64,000 nucleotides of DNA, taken from positions 223,032 through 287,031 of the forward strand of contig JAFEBX010000004.1 in NCBI GenBank assembly GCA_018242425.1, written 5' to 3'. The position numbers were made by a program, and so were the translations under genes. The notes beneath the pieces are model-generated. The model worked only from the letters and a program-made list of their open reading frames with translations, did not search any database and was not told where the DNA came from. Origin of the DNA: Pseudomonadota bacterium. GTDB lineage: Bacteria; Pseudomonadota; Gammaproteobacteria; Xanthomonadales; Xanthomonadaceae. Positions 1 through 11,563 of the stretch are shown piece by piece (positions within the stretch are counted from its first letter, which is position 1; each line of letters opens with the position of its first letter).

Positions 1-629
1 TTGCGCACCGCGGTGCGGACATCGCGGCTGGCATCGAAATCGCTGGCGTCCTTGAGATCGCGGATCACCCAACCGGAACCACGGCCGTCCTCGGTGCGCA
101 CGGTGCAGGTGTAGGTGAAGCTGGTTTCCTTCTGGTAACCGAAATTGCGATTGCTGTTGGCGATCGCGGAGAAGCCCTGGCCGTCCTCGAGGAAGCCGGC
201 GGCCACCAGGTTTTCCGCCTTGCAGGCCGCGATGGAATCGGCTGCCACCTTGGCGCGGAACTCCGGGTCGATCGCCGCGGTCGACTCGCTGAAGGTCGGG
301 CTCGGCGTGTATTTCTGCGCCTTGATCGCCGGCATGAACTCCGGGTTTTCCGGCGCCAGGCGCGCGAGGTCCTCGGCACGACGCACCACCCGTTCCAGCG
401 AGGCGTCGTCGAACTCGTTGATGGTCGCCGTGCCCACCCGCTTGCCGAACGCGACCTGCACCGCCAGCTGGGTGTTTTCGACCACGCCGCTGGTGGAAAC
501 ATTGTTCAGCGCGAAACGGATGTTGCCGGCGGCGCTGCCGCTGAGGTAGGCGGTGATCTCGTCGGCCTTCGACAGCGCGATGACCTTGTCGAGGATGGCC
601 TTGGCCTGTGCTTCGGTGAAGATGCTCAT
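1..629 (-). CDS. TldD/PmbA family protein (TldE-like subunit), runs off the window start
   Basis: Manual translation from ATG at 629 with GGAG RBS: MSIFTEAQAKAILDKVIALSKADE...GNIRFALNNVSTSG; lies directly downstream of the TldD gene; not in the ORF track. Confidence 0.8.
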   Translation of the reverse strand, partial: MSIFTEAQAKAILDKVIALSKADEITAYLSGSAAGNIRFALNNVSTSGVVENTQLAVQVAFGKRVGTATINEFDDASLERVVRRAEDLARLAPENPEFMPAIKAQKYTPSPTFSESTAAIDPEFRAKVAADSIAACKAENLVAAGFLEDGQGFSAIANSNRNFGYQKETSFTYTCTVRTEDGRGSGWVIRDLKDASDFDASRDVRTAVR

Positions 630-652
630 GATCTGTTTCTCCTGGCGCAGGG

Positions 653-2287
653 TCAGCCGAGCGAACGCGCGGTGCTGATGACGTTGATGCCGTTGAAGCG
701 CGCGGTGGACGAGCCATGCGAGACCGCCGAGACCTGGCCCGGCTGGCCCTTGCCGTCGAAGAACGAACCACCGAGGCGATAGTCGCTTTCATCGCAGACG
801 CCGACGCAGGCGTTCCAGAATTCCGGGGTGCGGATCTGGTAGGCGACGTCCTCGATCTGGCGGGTGATCTGGCCGTTCTTGATCTCGTAGAACAGCTGGC
901 CGCCGAACTGCGCGTTGTAGCGCTGCTGGTCGATCGAGAACGAGCCGTCGCCGACGATGTAGATGCCGTTCTTGACGTCCTTGATCATGCTGGCGACGCC
1001 GAGCTTCTGCTTGCCCGGCTGCAGCGACACGTTGGCCATGCGCTGGAACTGCACGCTCGACCACGAATCGGCGTAGCAGCAGCCGTCGGATTCCTTCTTG
1101 CCGATGATGTGCGCCTGGTCGCGGATCGCCTGGTAATCGACCAGGATTCCGTCCTTGATCAGGTCCCACTTCTTGGTCTTGACGCCTTCATCGTCGTAAC
1201 CGACCGCGCCCAGGCTGCCGGGCTGGATCTTGTCGGCGACGATGTTGACGTGCTGGCTGCCGTAGCGGAAATGCGCGTCGCGCTTGTCGACCGTGGCGAA
1301 ACTGGTGCCGGCGTAATTGGCTTCGTAGCCAAGCACGCGATCGAGTTCCGTCGGATGGCCCACCGATTCGTGGATGGTCAGCCAGGTGTGCGAGGGATCC
1401 AGCACCAGGTCGTACTTGCCGGGCTTGACCGATGGCGCCTTCAGTTTGTCGCGCGCCTGCTTCGCCGCGGCGATGATGTCCTCGTGGAGATCGTAGGAAC
1501 GGCCGTAGTTGACCACGCCATTCGGGGACACGAACTTCTGCGACGGATCGGCATCAAGGTATTCATAGCCCATGCCCATCGGCGACGACAGCTCCGAACG
1601 GCTGCGGAACTTGCCGCTGGCCTTGTCGATCGCGGTGACGTTGAACGGCAGCCAGATGCGATGCACGTCCTGGTCGATGTAGGAGCCGTCGGTGGAGGCG
1701 AAATACTTCTGCTCGTTCACGGCGAACAAGGTCGAATTGACGAAGTTCGCGCCGGCATTGATCGCGGCGGCATTGGCGGCCAGCAGCAGGCCGGCCTTTT
1801 CCTTGACCGGAACTTCCATCGCGTTCTTGATGATCGGGGTCTTCCACGAGACTTCACCGACGCCGGGCGCCGGCGCCAGCTGCACCGGTGCCGTCTGCGC
1901 CTTCGAATTGGCCTTGGCGATCGCCGCGGCCTGCTTGGCTGCACGCGCCGCGCCGGCCGCGGTCAAATCGTTGGTGGCGGCGAATCCCCACGCGCCATTG
2001 GCGATCACGCGCACGCCGATGCCGGTCGATTCACTGTTGACGACGTTCTGCACCTTGTCCTCGCGGGTGACCACGAATTGGCGCAGGTAACGCCCGATGC
2101 GCACGTCGCAGTAACTGGCGCCGGCCTGTTTCGCAGCGGCGAGCGCGGCATCGGCCAGGTTCTTCTTGATGCCGACATCGAAGGTGGAAAGCAGTTGTTC
2201 GGCGGCGATGGCCTTGCCGAAGATGGCTGGCAGCATGACGCCGCCAAGGCCCAGGCCACTCAGGGCCAGGAAGTCACGTCTGTGCAC
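653..2287 (-). CDS. tldD: TldD/PmbA family metalloprotease with twin-arginine-like N-terminus
   Basis: HESVGH (HExxxH) motif, EANYAGTSF, DDEGV and QRMAN motifs; N-terminus MHRRDFLALSGLGLGG. Confidence 0.85.
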   Translation of the reverse strand: MHRRDFLALSGLGLGGVMLPAIFGKAIAAEQLLSTFDVGIKKNLADAALAAAKQAGASYCDVRIGRYLRQFVVTREDKVQNVVNSESTGIGVRVIANGAWGFAATNDLTAAGAARAAKQAAAIAKANSKAQTAPVQLAPAPGVGEVSWKTPIIKNAMEVPVKEKAGLLLAANAAAINAGANFVNSTLFAVNEQKYFASTDGSYIDQDVHRIWLPFNVTAIDKASGKFRSRSELSSPMGMGYEYLDADPSQKFVSPNGVVNYGRSYDLHEDIIAAAKQARDKLKAPSVKPGKYDLVLDPSHTWLTIHESVGHPTELDRVLGYEANYAGTSFATVDKRDAHFRYGSQHVNIVADKIQPGSLGAVGYDDEGVKTKKWDLIKDGILVDYQAIRDQAHIIGKKESDGCCYADSWSSVQFQRMANVSLQPGKQKLGVASMIKDVKNGIYIVGDGSFSIDQQRYNAQFGGQLFYEIKNGQITRQIEDVAYQIRTPEFWNACVGVCDESDYRLGGSFFDGKGQPGQVSAVSHGSSTARFNGINVISTARSLG

Positions 2288-2503
2288 GGCGATATACCCC
2301 AGGGTTGCGAAACGGCAAGGAGAGCGAAGCGGAAGCGTGATCAGCAGCCGATCAATTCTTTGCTTGCGCGCGACGGGGTGTCAAATGACTTTCGGCATGG
2401 TCGCGAACGTAAAAGCCTCGGGGGAACCGGGGCGATTCACTTCTGATAGGCTAGGGATCGCCGGGCAGGATGCCCGTGCTGGCCGCCTTGCAGGGAGAAG
2501 CAG

Positions 2504-3430
2504 ATGCCGATTCAGATTGATCGCCGCGCCGGCCTGACCCAATCGGAATTCCGGACTCAATACGTGGCCCGTTCGCGCCCGGTCATCCTGACCGATGCCA
2601 TCGACCACTGGCCGGCCCGGCAGAAGTGGAATCTGGATTACTTCGCCGAACATTACGCCGACAAGCAGGTTTTCTTCGATCGCGAATCACACCGTGTCGG
2701 CGACTTCATCGACGACCTGAAGCACCAGGCGGGACAGGACTACGCTCCCTACCTGAAGGAAGTGAAGCTGGATGAGCAATTCCCGGAGCTTTGGGCGGAC
2801 CTCGGCCGCATTGATGTTGCCAGGGACAACCTGCTCGACAGCCCCCTGCTCCCCCGTACGATGCGCCTGGATCGCGGAAAGGTAGCGCTGTTCATCGGTG
2901 CGAAGGGCAGCGGCTTCCGCAAGCTGCATTGGGACTACAGCTATCTGCATGTCTTCATTTCGCAAGTGTACGGACCCAAGGACGCAATACTTTTTGCGCC
3001 GGACGACACGCGTTTCCTGTATCCCAATCCACAACAGGACAATCATTCGCTTATTCCCGACCCGTACCATGTAGACCTTGCGGCCTACCCGGAATTCGCC
3101 CGCGCCGATCCAACCCGCTTGACCATTGCCGAAGGCGAAACCCTGTTCCTGCCGGCAGGCTGGTGGCACGCAACGCATATCAACCAGCCCAGCATCGCGA
3201 TCGCTGAAAGTACGCTCGACACGTTCAACTGGAAGCAACGCAGGCTCTGGTACGCCCAGAGCTATGCCCGCGACGGCGTGCCCTACGCCAAGCGCAAGGC
3301 GGTCGGCCTTTACTGGCCTGGCCCTCGCCTGACGGCCTCCGTCCATCGCCAAACAACAAAAAAGCCCCAGGAGGACCGGGGCTTTCTAGACAACGTGGGA
3401 TGTTGTCGGACTTCGATTTGGTCGGGGTAG
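2504..3430 (+). CDS. JmjC/cupin-like 2-oxoglutarate Fe(II) oxygenase; 3' end doubtful
   Basis: RPVILTDAIDHWPARQKW start, HWD (HxD) and PAGWWH motifs; tail reads through a terminator and the att copy. Confidence 0.75.
   Translation: MPIQIDRRAGLTQSEFRTQYVARSRPVILTDAIDHWPARQKWNLDYFAEHYADKQVFFDRESHRVGDFIDDLKHQAGQDYAPYLKEVKLDEQFPELWADLGRIDVARDNLLDSPLLPRTMRLDRGKVALFIGAKGSGFRKLHWDYSYLHVFISQVYGPKDAILFAPDDTRFLYPNPQQDNHSLIPDPYHVDLAAYPEFARADPTRLTIAEGETLFLPAGWWHATHINQPSIAIAESTLDTFNWKQRRLWYAQSYARDGVPYAKRKAVGLYWPGPRLTASVHRQTTKKPQEDRGFLDNVGCCRTSIWSG
3361..3385 (-). terminator. Intrinsic terminator, probably the native tRNA-Pro terminator displaced by the islet
   Basis: AAAGCCCC/GGGGCTTT stem followed by a T-rich tract on the minus strand, about 33 nt beyond the duplicated tRNA 3' end. 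Confidence 0.7.
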
Positions 3431-3446
3431 CCGGATTTGAACCGAC
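3419..3446. repeat. 28-bp direct repeat of the tRNA-Pro 3' end (att copy)
   Basis: TGGTCGGGGTAGCCGGATTTGAACCGAC is identical to 6456-6483; flanking bases differ on both sides. Confidence 0.95.
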
Positions 3447-3644
3447 TACATCTTCATATGTATCAATACGTTATACAACTGCCAGCACGGGGGCAAAAGT
3501 AGCAGACTTAGACCCTTTCGGATCAATGACTTGTCCTGCTCTTTCTACTTCGAATGTAGCACTTATCCGTCATCGTGCGATGTAGCAGCCTCTGGATTCA
3601 AATCCACGACACGGATTCAATTCGGGACTTTCATGTCATCGAAT

Positions 3645-3676
3645 TTGACATATTTTATATTTCCATTATTCTGGAA
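3645..3676 (+). promoter_or_regulatory. sigma70 promoter and probable ArsR operator of the ars operon
   Basis: TTGACA 3645-3650, 16 nt spacer, TATTCT 3667-3672; inverted repeat TTCCA-N6-TGGAA 3661-3676 overlapping the -10. Confidence 0.6.
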
Positions 3677-3678
3677 TT

Positions 3679-4017
3679 ATGAAAACGAATCATGCCCTCA
3701 AGATTCTTTCCGCGCTGAGCCACGAGACCCGGCTGGCCGCATTTCGGCAACTGGTGCAGGCCGGACCAGACGGACTGCCAGTTGGTGAACTACGCGAGCG
3801 TCTCGATGTCCCGGCTGCCACGTTGACCGCACACCTCAACATTCTGCGTGTCGCGGGCCTAGCTTTAGATCAGCGCGAGGGTCGCGTCATTCGCGTGCGT
3901 GCGGACTACGTGCGGATGAACGCCCTGCTCGGCTACCTGACTGAAAACTGCTGTAGCGGCAACGCTAGCTGCATGTCCGACTCCTCCTGCAAACCAACGA
4001 AGAAGGCATCCCGATGA
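3679..4017 (+). CDS. arsR: As(III)-responsive ArsR/SmtB repressor
   Basis: LSALSHETRL HTH family signature; C-terminal ENCCSGNASC (CCx5C) like A. ferrooxidans-type ArsR. Confidence 0.9.
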   Translation: MKTNHALKILSALSHETRLAAFRQLVQAGPDGLPVGELRERLDVPAATLTAHLNILRVAGLALDQREGRVIRVRADYVRMNALLGYLTENCCSGNASCMSDSSCKPTKKASR

Positions 4018-4502
4018 ACCGCTTCCATGTGCACCTCAACGTTTCCGATCTCGCCACCAATATCCGCTTCTATACCGAACTATTCGCCGCGCCCCCGACT
4101 GTTCAAAAGCCGGACTACGCCAAATGGATGTTGGAAGACCCGCGTGTGAACTTCGCCATTTCCAGCACTGGCCGTGAGCCCGGAATCGACCACCTGGGCA
4201 TCCAGGCCACCGATGGCGATGCGCTTGCCGATCTTGGCCTTCGTCTCGATGCTGCGGGCGGCTCGGTTGTGCCTGAGGAAGCCACCGTCTGCTGCTATGC
4301 GCGCTCGGACAAATTCTGGACCGAAGATCCGCAGGGCACTCGCTGGGAGACCTTCCATACACTCGGCGATGCCACGACCTACCACTCAGGTGAAGCACCC
4401 TGCGCCACGGACGGTGCAAGCTGCACGCCGAACCCGGCTGAAATGAAGCCAATGACGCAGGAAGGTAGCAGCTGCTGCTCGCCTAAGTCCGGCTGTTGCT
4501 GA
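4014..4502 (+). CDS. arsI: ArsI/CadI family glyoxalase-fold protein, probable C-As lyase
   Basis: MNRFHVHL, DYAKWMLEDPRVNFAIS, DHLGI, vicinal cysteines VCCYA and WETF motifs; ars context. Confidence 0.85.
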   Translation: MNRFHVHLNVSDLATNIRFYTELFAAPPTVQKPDYAKWMLEDPRVNFAISSTGREPGIDHLGIQATDGDALADLGLRLDAAGGSVVPEEATVCCYARSDKFWTEDPQGTRWETFHTLGDATTYHSGEAPCATDGASCTPNPAEMKPMTQEGSSCCSPKSGCC

Positions 4503-4510
4503 GGCGAACG

Positions 4511-5038
4511 ATGGACAAGCCACCTATTCGCGTGCTGTTTCTTTGCACCGGTAATTCCGCGCGGAGTATCCTAGCCGAGGCCACCCTTCGCGCCTGGGGC
4601 GGACACCGCTTCGAATCTTTCAGCGCGGGGAGTCAGCCAGCAGGCTCGGTGAATCCGTTCGCACTGGCGCAGCTGGCAGATGAAGGCATACCGACTGCGG
4701 GATTACGCAGCAAATCTTGGGACGAATTCGCAGCAGCGCAAGCTACACCGATGGATCTGGTGGTGACGGTTTGTGATTCTGCTGCGGCCGAAACTTGCCC
4801 TGTCGTGTTCGGTGACTTCCTGCGTGCACACTGGGGGCTTCCCGACCCGGCTGCAGCTGAGGGCGACGAAGCCGATAAACGCGAGGCATTCCAACAGGCG
4901 CATCGCATCGTCAAGGCACGCATCCATGCGCTGCTGGCGCTGCCATCCGAGGTCTGGGACAACCGCGCAGCACTGAAGTCATCGCTCGATCGTATTGGCT
5001 TTGTGCAGCCTGATGATGAGGGATCCGTTGATGAGTGA
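4511..5038 (+). CDS. arsC: Thioredoxin-type (LMW-PTP fold) arsenate reductase
   Basis: VLFLCTGNSARS P-loop, VTVCD...ETCP, HWGLPDPA; start placed at ATG 4511. Confidence 0.9.
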   Translation: MDKPPIRVLFLCTGNSARSILAEATLRAWGGHRFESFSAGSQPAGSVNPFALAQLADEGIPTAGLRSKSWDEFAAAQATPMDLVVTVCDSAAAETCPVVFGDFLRAHWGLPDPAAAEGDEADKREAFQQAHRIVKARIHALLALPSEVWDNRAALKSSLDRIGFVQPDDEGSVDE

Positions 5039-6089
5039 GGCGGCTCCCCGCATGGGGCTATTCGAACGCTACCTCACGCTTTGGGTTGGGCTATGCATCG
5101 TGGCCGGAACTGGATTGGGACATATCCTGCCCGACGCGTTCGAAAGCCTTAGTCGAATGGAGGTAGCCAAGGTCAACCTGCCAGTGGCCGCCCTCATCTG
5201 GCTGATGATCATCCCGATGCTGTTGAAGGTGGACTTCAGCGCCATGCGGGAAGTGGGTAGTCACTGGCGCGGTATCGGCGTCACTCTGTTCGTCAACTGG
5301 GCTGTTAAGCCATTCTCAATGGCCTTGCTGGGGTGGATTTTTCTCCGGCATGTGTTCACCAACTGGTTGCCTCCGGAACAGATCGACTCCTACATGGCGG
5401 GCCTGATCCTGCTGGCCGCAGCACCATGCACTGCGATGGTGTTCGTGTGGAGCAACCTGTGTCGCGGCGACGCGAACTTCACCCTTAGCCAGGTCGCGCT
5501 CAATGACGCCATCATGGTGGTTGCCTTTGCGCCGCTAGTGGCACTGCTGTTGGGACTGTCATCCATCACGGTGCCGTGGGACACGCTTGTGCTCTCGGTG
5601 GGGTTGTACATTCTCGTGCCTGTCGCTGTTTCCATCCTTTTGCGCAGACGGCTGCTTGCCGCCGGTGGCCAGCCCAGGTTGGAGGCGATACTTACCCACT
5701 TAGGGCCGCTATCTCTGATCGCGTTGCTGGCGATGTTGGTGCTGTTGTTTGGCTTCCAGGGCCAGCAACTCATCGAACATCCGCTGATTATTGCGATCTT
5801 GGCGGTGCCTATCCTGATCCAGGTGTACTTCAACTCCGGCTTGGCCTACCTTCTCAATCGCCGCCTCGGTGTCGCGCACTGCGTGGCAGGCCCTTCGGCA
5901 CTGATCGGCACCAGCAATTTCTTCGAACTCGCCGTCGCCACAGCCGCTGCACTTTTTGGTGTGCACTCGGGCGCGGCGCTGGCCACCGTGGTGGGTGTCC
6001 TGATCGAAGTGCCGGTGATGCTGTCGGTCGTCAGAATCGTGAATCGTTCCCGGCCCTGGTACGAGCAGGGGTTAGCGGAATCGGATTAA
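5031..6089 (+). CDS. acr3: Acr3 family arsenite efflux permease
   Basis: FERYLTLWV, LAAAPCTAMVFVW, SNFFELAVA and LIEVPVML motifs; multiple hydrophobic segments. Confidence 0.92.
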   Translation: MSEAAPRMGLFERYLTLWVGLCIVAGTGLGHILPDAFESLSRMEVAKVNLPVAALIWLMIIPMLLKVDFSAMREVGSHWRGIGVTLFVNWAVKPFSMALLGWIFLRHVFTNWLPPEQIDSYMAGLILLAAAPCTAMVFVWSNLCRGDANFTLSQVALNDAIMVVAFAPLVALLLGLSSITVPWDTLVLSVGLYILVPVAVSILLRRRLLAAGGQPRLEAILTHLGPLSLIALLAMLVLLFGFQGQQLIEHPLIIAILAVPILIQVYFNSGLAYLLNRRLGVAHCVAGPSALIGTSNFFELAVATAAALFGVHSGAALATVVGVLIEVPVMLSVVRIVNRSRPWYEQGLAESD

Positions 6090-6090
6090 T

Positions 6091-6125
6091 CACGCTGGAG
6101 ATTTTTTGAAGAGCGCTCCAGCGTG
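6091..6125 (+). terminator. Hairpin immediately after acr3, possible terminator
   Basis: CACGCTGGAG / CTCCAGCGTG 10-bp stem; weak U-tract. Confidence 0.4.
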
Positions 6126-6177
6126 TTCGCTTCGGGTCGTGACCCGCTATAAGCAGTCATCGCCCGCATTTGTAGGA

Positions 6178-6264
6178 CTAAACCCAATCACGTGTCGGAT
6201 TGCACCCAGATCGCCTGTCTTGCGCGTAATAGACCGCGCCACGCAAATGCAGGTTGGTGCTCAA
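6178..6264 (-). pseudogene. Possible N-terminal remnant of a tyrosine integrase (DUF6538-like)
   Basis: GAGGAG RBS at 6273-6278, TTG start, MSTNLHLRGAVYYA then early stop; located where an integrase would sit next to the att site; resemblance judged by eye only. Confidence 0.3.
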
Positions 6265-6455
6265 TCTGGAATCTCCTCTACTCGTCATGGTAAACGCCGT
6301 AACAGCGTTTCGTATCAATCAGACGTAGCAGATGGAAATCCGTCTCCCGGGGTGCGCAATCCGACAAATCGGCGTCAACTCACTAAAAAACCAATAATTT
6401 CAATGAGTTGACGCCGATTACGTCGGCATCCAAGGGAGCAACTGCTCCCCAAAGA

Positions 6456-6532
6456 TGGTCGGGGTAGCCGGATTTGAACCGACGACCACTTGTCCCCCAG
6501 ACAAGTGCGCTACCAGGCTGCGCTATACCCCG
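6456..6532 (-). tRNA. tRNA-Pro(GGG)
   Basis: 77-nt cloverleaf CGGGGTA...GGTTCAAATCC...ACCA; anticodon arm CTTGT-CT-GGG-GG-ACAAG. Confidence 0.97.
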
Positions 6533-6563
6533 AGAGGGCGTCCATTATAGACGCGATCGCCGG

Positions 6564-6944
6564 TCAGCGCTTCAGTAGGGCGGCGATCTGTTCCAGCTCG
6601 ATGCGCAGGCTGCGCAGCGAATCCTGGGCCGACGAGGCCGCCGCGGCGGACGCAGCAGCGGCGACGGACTTGCCCTGGTCGCCTTCGAGGCGCAGGCGCG
6701 CACCACTGATGGTATAGCCCTGTTCGTAGAGCAGGCCGCGGATCTGGCGCACCATCATCACGTCGGAACGCTGGTAGTAGCGGCGATTGCCGCGACGCTT
6801 CACCGGCTTCAGCGACGGGAATTCGGTTTCCCAGTAGCGCAGCACGTGCGGCTTGACGTCGCACAGCTCGCTGACCTCGCCGATGGTGAAGTAGCGCTTC
6901 GCTGGGATCGGCGGGAGTTCCTTGTTGCTGCCGGGATCAAGCAT
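6564..6944 (-). CDS. MerR family transcriptional regulator
   Basis: [28 protein letters not shown]; conserved position after ihfA. Confidence 0.9.
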   Translation of the reverse strand: MLDPGSNKELPPIPAKRYFTIGEVSELCDVKPHVLRYWETEFPSLKPVKRRGNRRYYQRSDVMMVRQIRGLLYEQGYTISGARLRLEGDQGKSVAAAASAAAASSAQDSLRSLRIELEQIAALLKR

Positions 6945-7224
6945 GTCCTTCCACCCGCTCCTTGAGCTTCTGGCCCGGCTTGAACGTGACCACGGTACGC
7001 GCGGTGATCGGGATCTCGACACCGGTTTTCGGATTGCGCCCGGGGCGTTCGTTCTTGCGACGCAGGTCGAAATTGCCGAAACCGGACATCTTCACCTGGC
7101 GACCATCGGAAAGCGCTTCGGACAGCGACAGGAAGAACGCATCGACGAATTCCTTCGACTCGCGCTTGTTCAATCCGACTTCTTCATGCAATCGGTCGGC
7201 GAGTTCAGCTTTCGTCAACGCCAT
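6937..7224 (-). CDS. ihfA: Integration host factor alpha
   Basis: MALTKAEL...[21 protein letters not shown]. Confidence 0.95.
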   Translation of the reverse strand: MALTKAELADRLHEEVGLNKRESKEFVDAFFLSLSEALSDGRQVKMSGFGNFDLRRKNERPGRNPKTGVEIPITARTVVTFKPGQKLKERVEGHA

Positions 7225-7236
7225 TGTTGCTCCCCC

Positions 7237-10689
<3,453 letters not shown>

Positions 10690-10740
10690 CATCCGAAGAT
10701 GCCGATCGCGATGGCGACCGGCGTCGGCGATGTTATCGCC

Positions 10741-11172
<432 letters not shown>

Positions 11173-11185
11173 TGTTCAGTCCTCC

Positions 11186-11389
11186 TCAGAGATAGGGCAG
11201 CATGCGGTCCAAACGACCTGCGTCTTCCGCGCGGACGTGGTTCGTCTGGCGGAGGTTGCGCTTGCGCTTGGTGGCCTTCTTGGTGAGGATGTGGCTGCGG
11301 TTGGCATGGCCACACTTGTATTTGCCGCTGGCGGTCTTGCGGAATCGCTTCGCCGCGCCGCGATGGGTCTTGATCTTGACCTTCGACAT
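11186..11389 (-). CDS. rpmI: 50S ribosomal protein L35
   Basis: [12 protein letters not shown]...[15 protein letters not shown]; start at ATG 11389. Confidence 0.97.
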   Translation of the reverse strand: MSKVKIKTHRGAAKRFRKTASGKYKCGHANRSHILTKKATKRKRNLRQTNHVRAEDAGRLDRMLPYL

Positions 11390-11523
11390 GACTGTTCCTT
11401 CGTTGTGTTCTGACTGACCGGGCGGAGGCCGCGAAGCCCCTCTTTCCATCCATGCCCATGTCGGGTTCGAGCCGCTATCCGTACGGGCGCGGCAGGCCCG
11501 TCCCGGCAAACCGGGAGCCGCCT

Positions 11524-11552
11524 AGTATGGCGGAAAGGGGGTACAGGTGCAA
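11524..11552 (-). promoter_or_regulatory. sigma70-like promoter upstream of rpmI
   Basis: TTGCAC-N17-CATACT on the minus strand. Confidence 0.6.
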
Positions 11553-11563
11553 GGAGAAGCGGC

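Larger units (their letters stand above)
3419..6483. mobile_element. tRNA-Pro-integrated arsenic resistance islet without an intact integrase
   Basis: Perfect 28-bp terminal direct repeats, AT-richer ends than the flanks, self-contained ars operon. Confidence 0.85.

Noticed and set aside
716-2446. Long antisense ORFs, for example 716-2446, 16055-20044, 42347-45460, 45755-47809, 53363-55309 and 55755-57605
   Set aside because: They shadow well-supported genes on the opposite strand or in another frame; this is expected in high-GC coding DNA, and they show no recognisable motifs
653-3430. TldDE plus JmjC oxygenase as a RiPP biosynthetic cluster
   Set aside because: No precursor peptide, YcaO or other maturase, or transporter is visible in the window; genes left of position 1 cannot be seen
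3499-3620. Short repeats as a possible CRISPR or iteron array
   Set aside because: Units are only 6-8 bp with irregular spacing; no cas or rep gene nearby
6106-6411. 101-aa plus-strand ORF in the islet end
   Set aside because: TTG start without a convincing RBS, no family features, and it runs through inverted repeats; treated as non-coding
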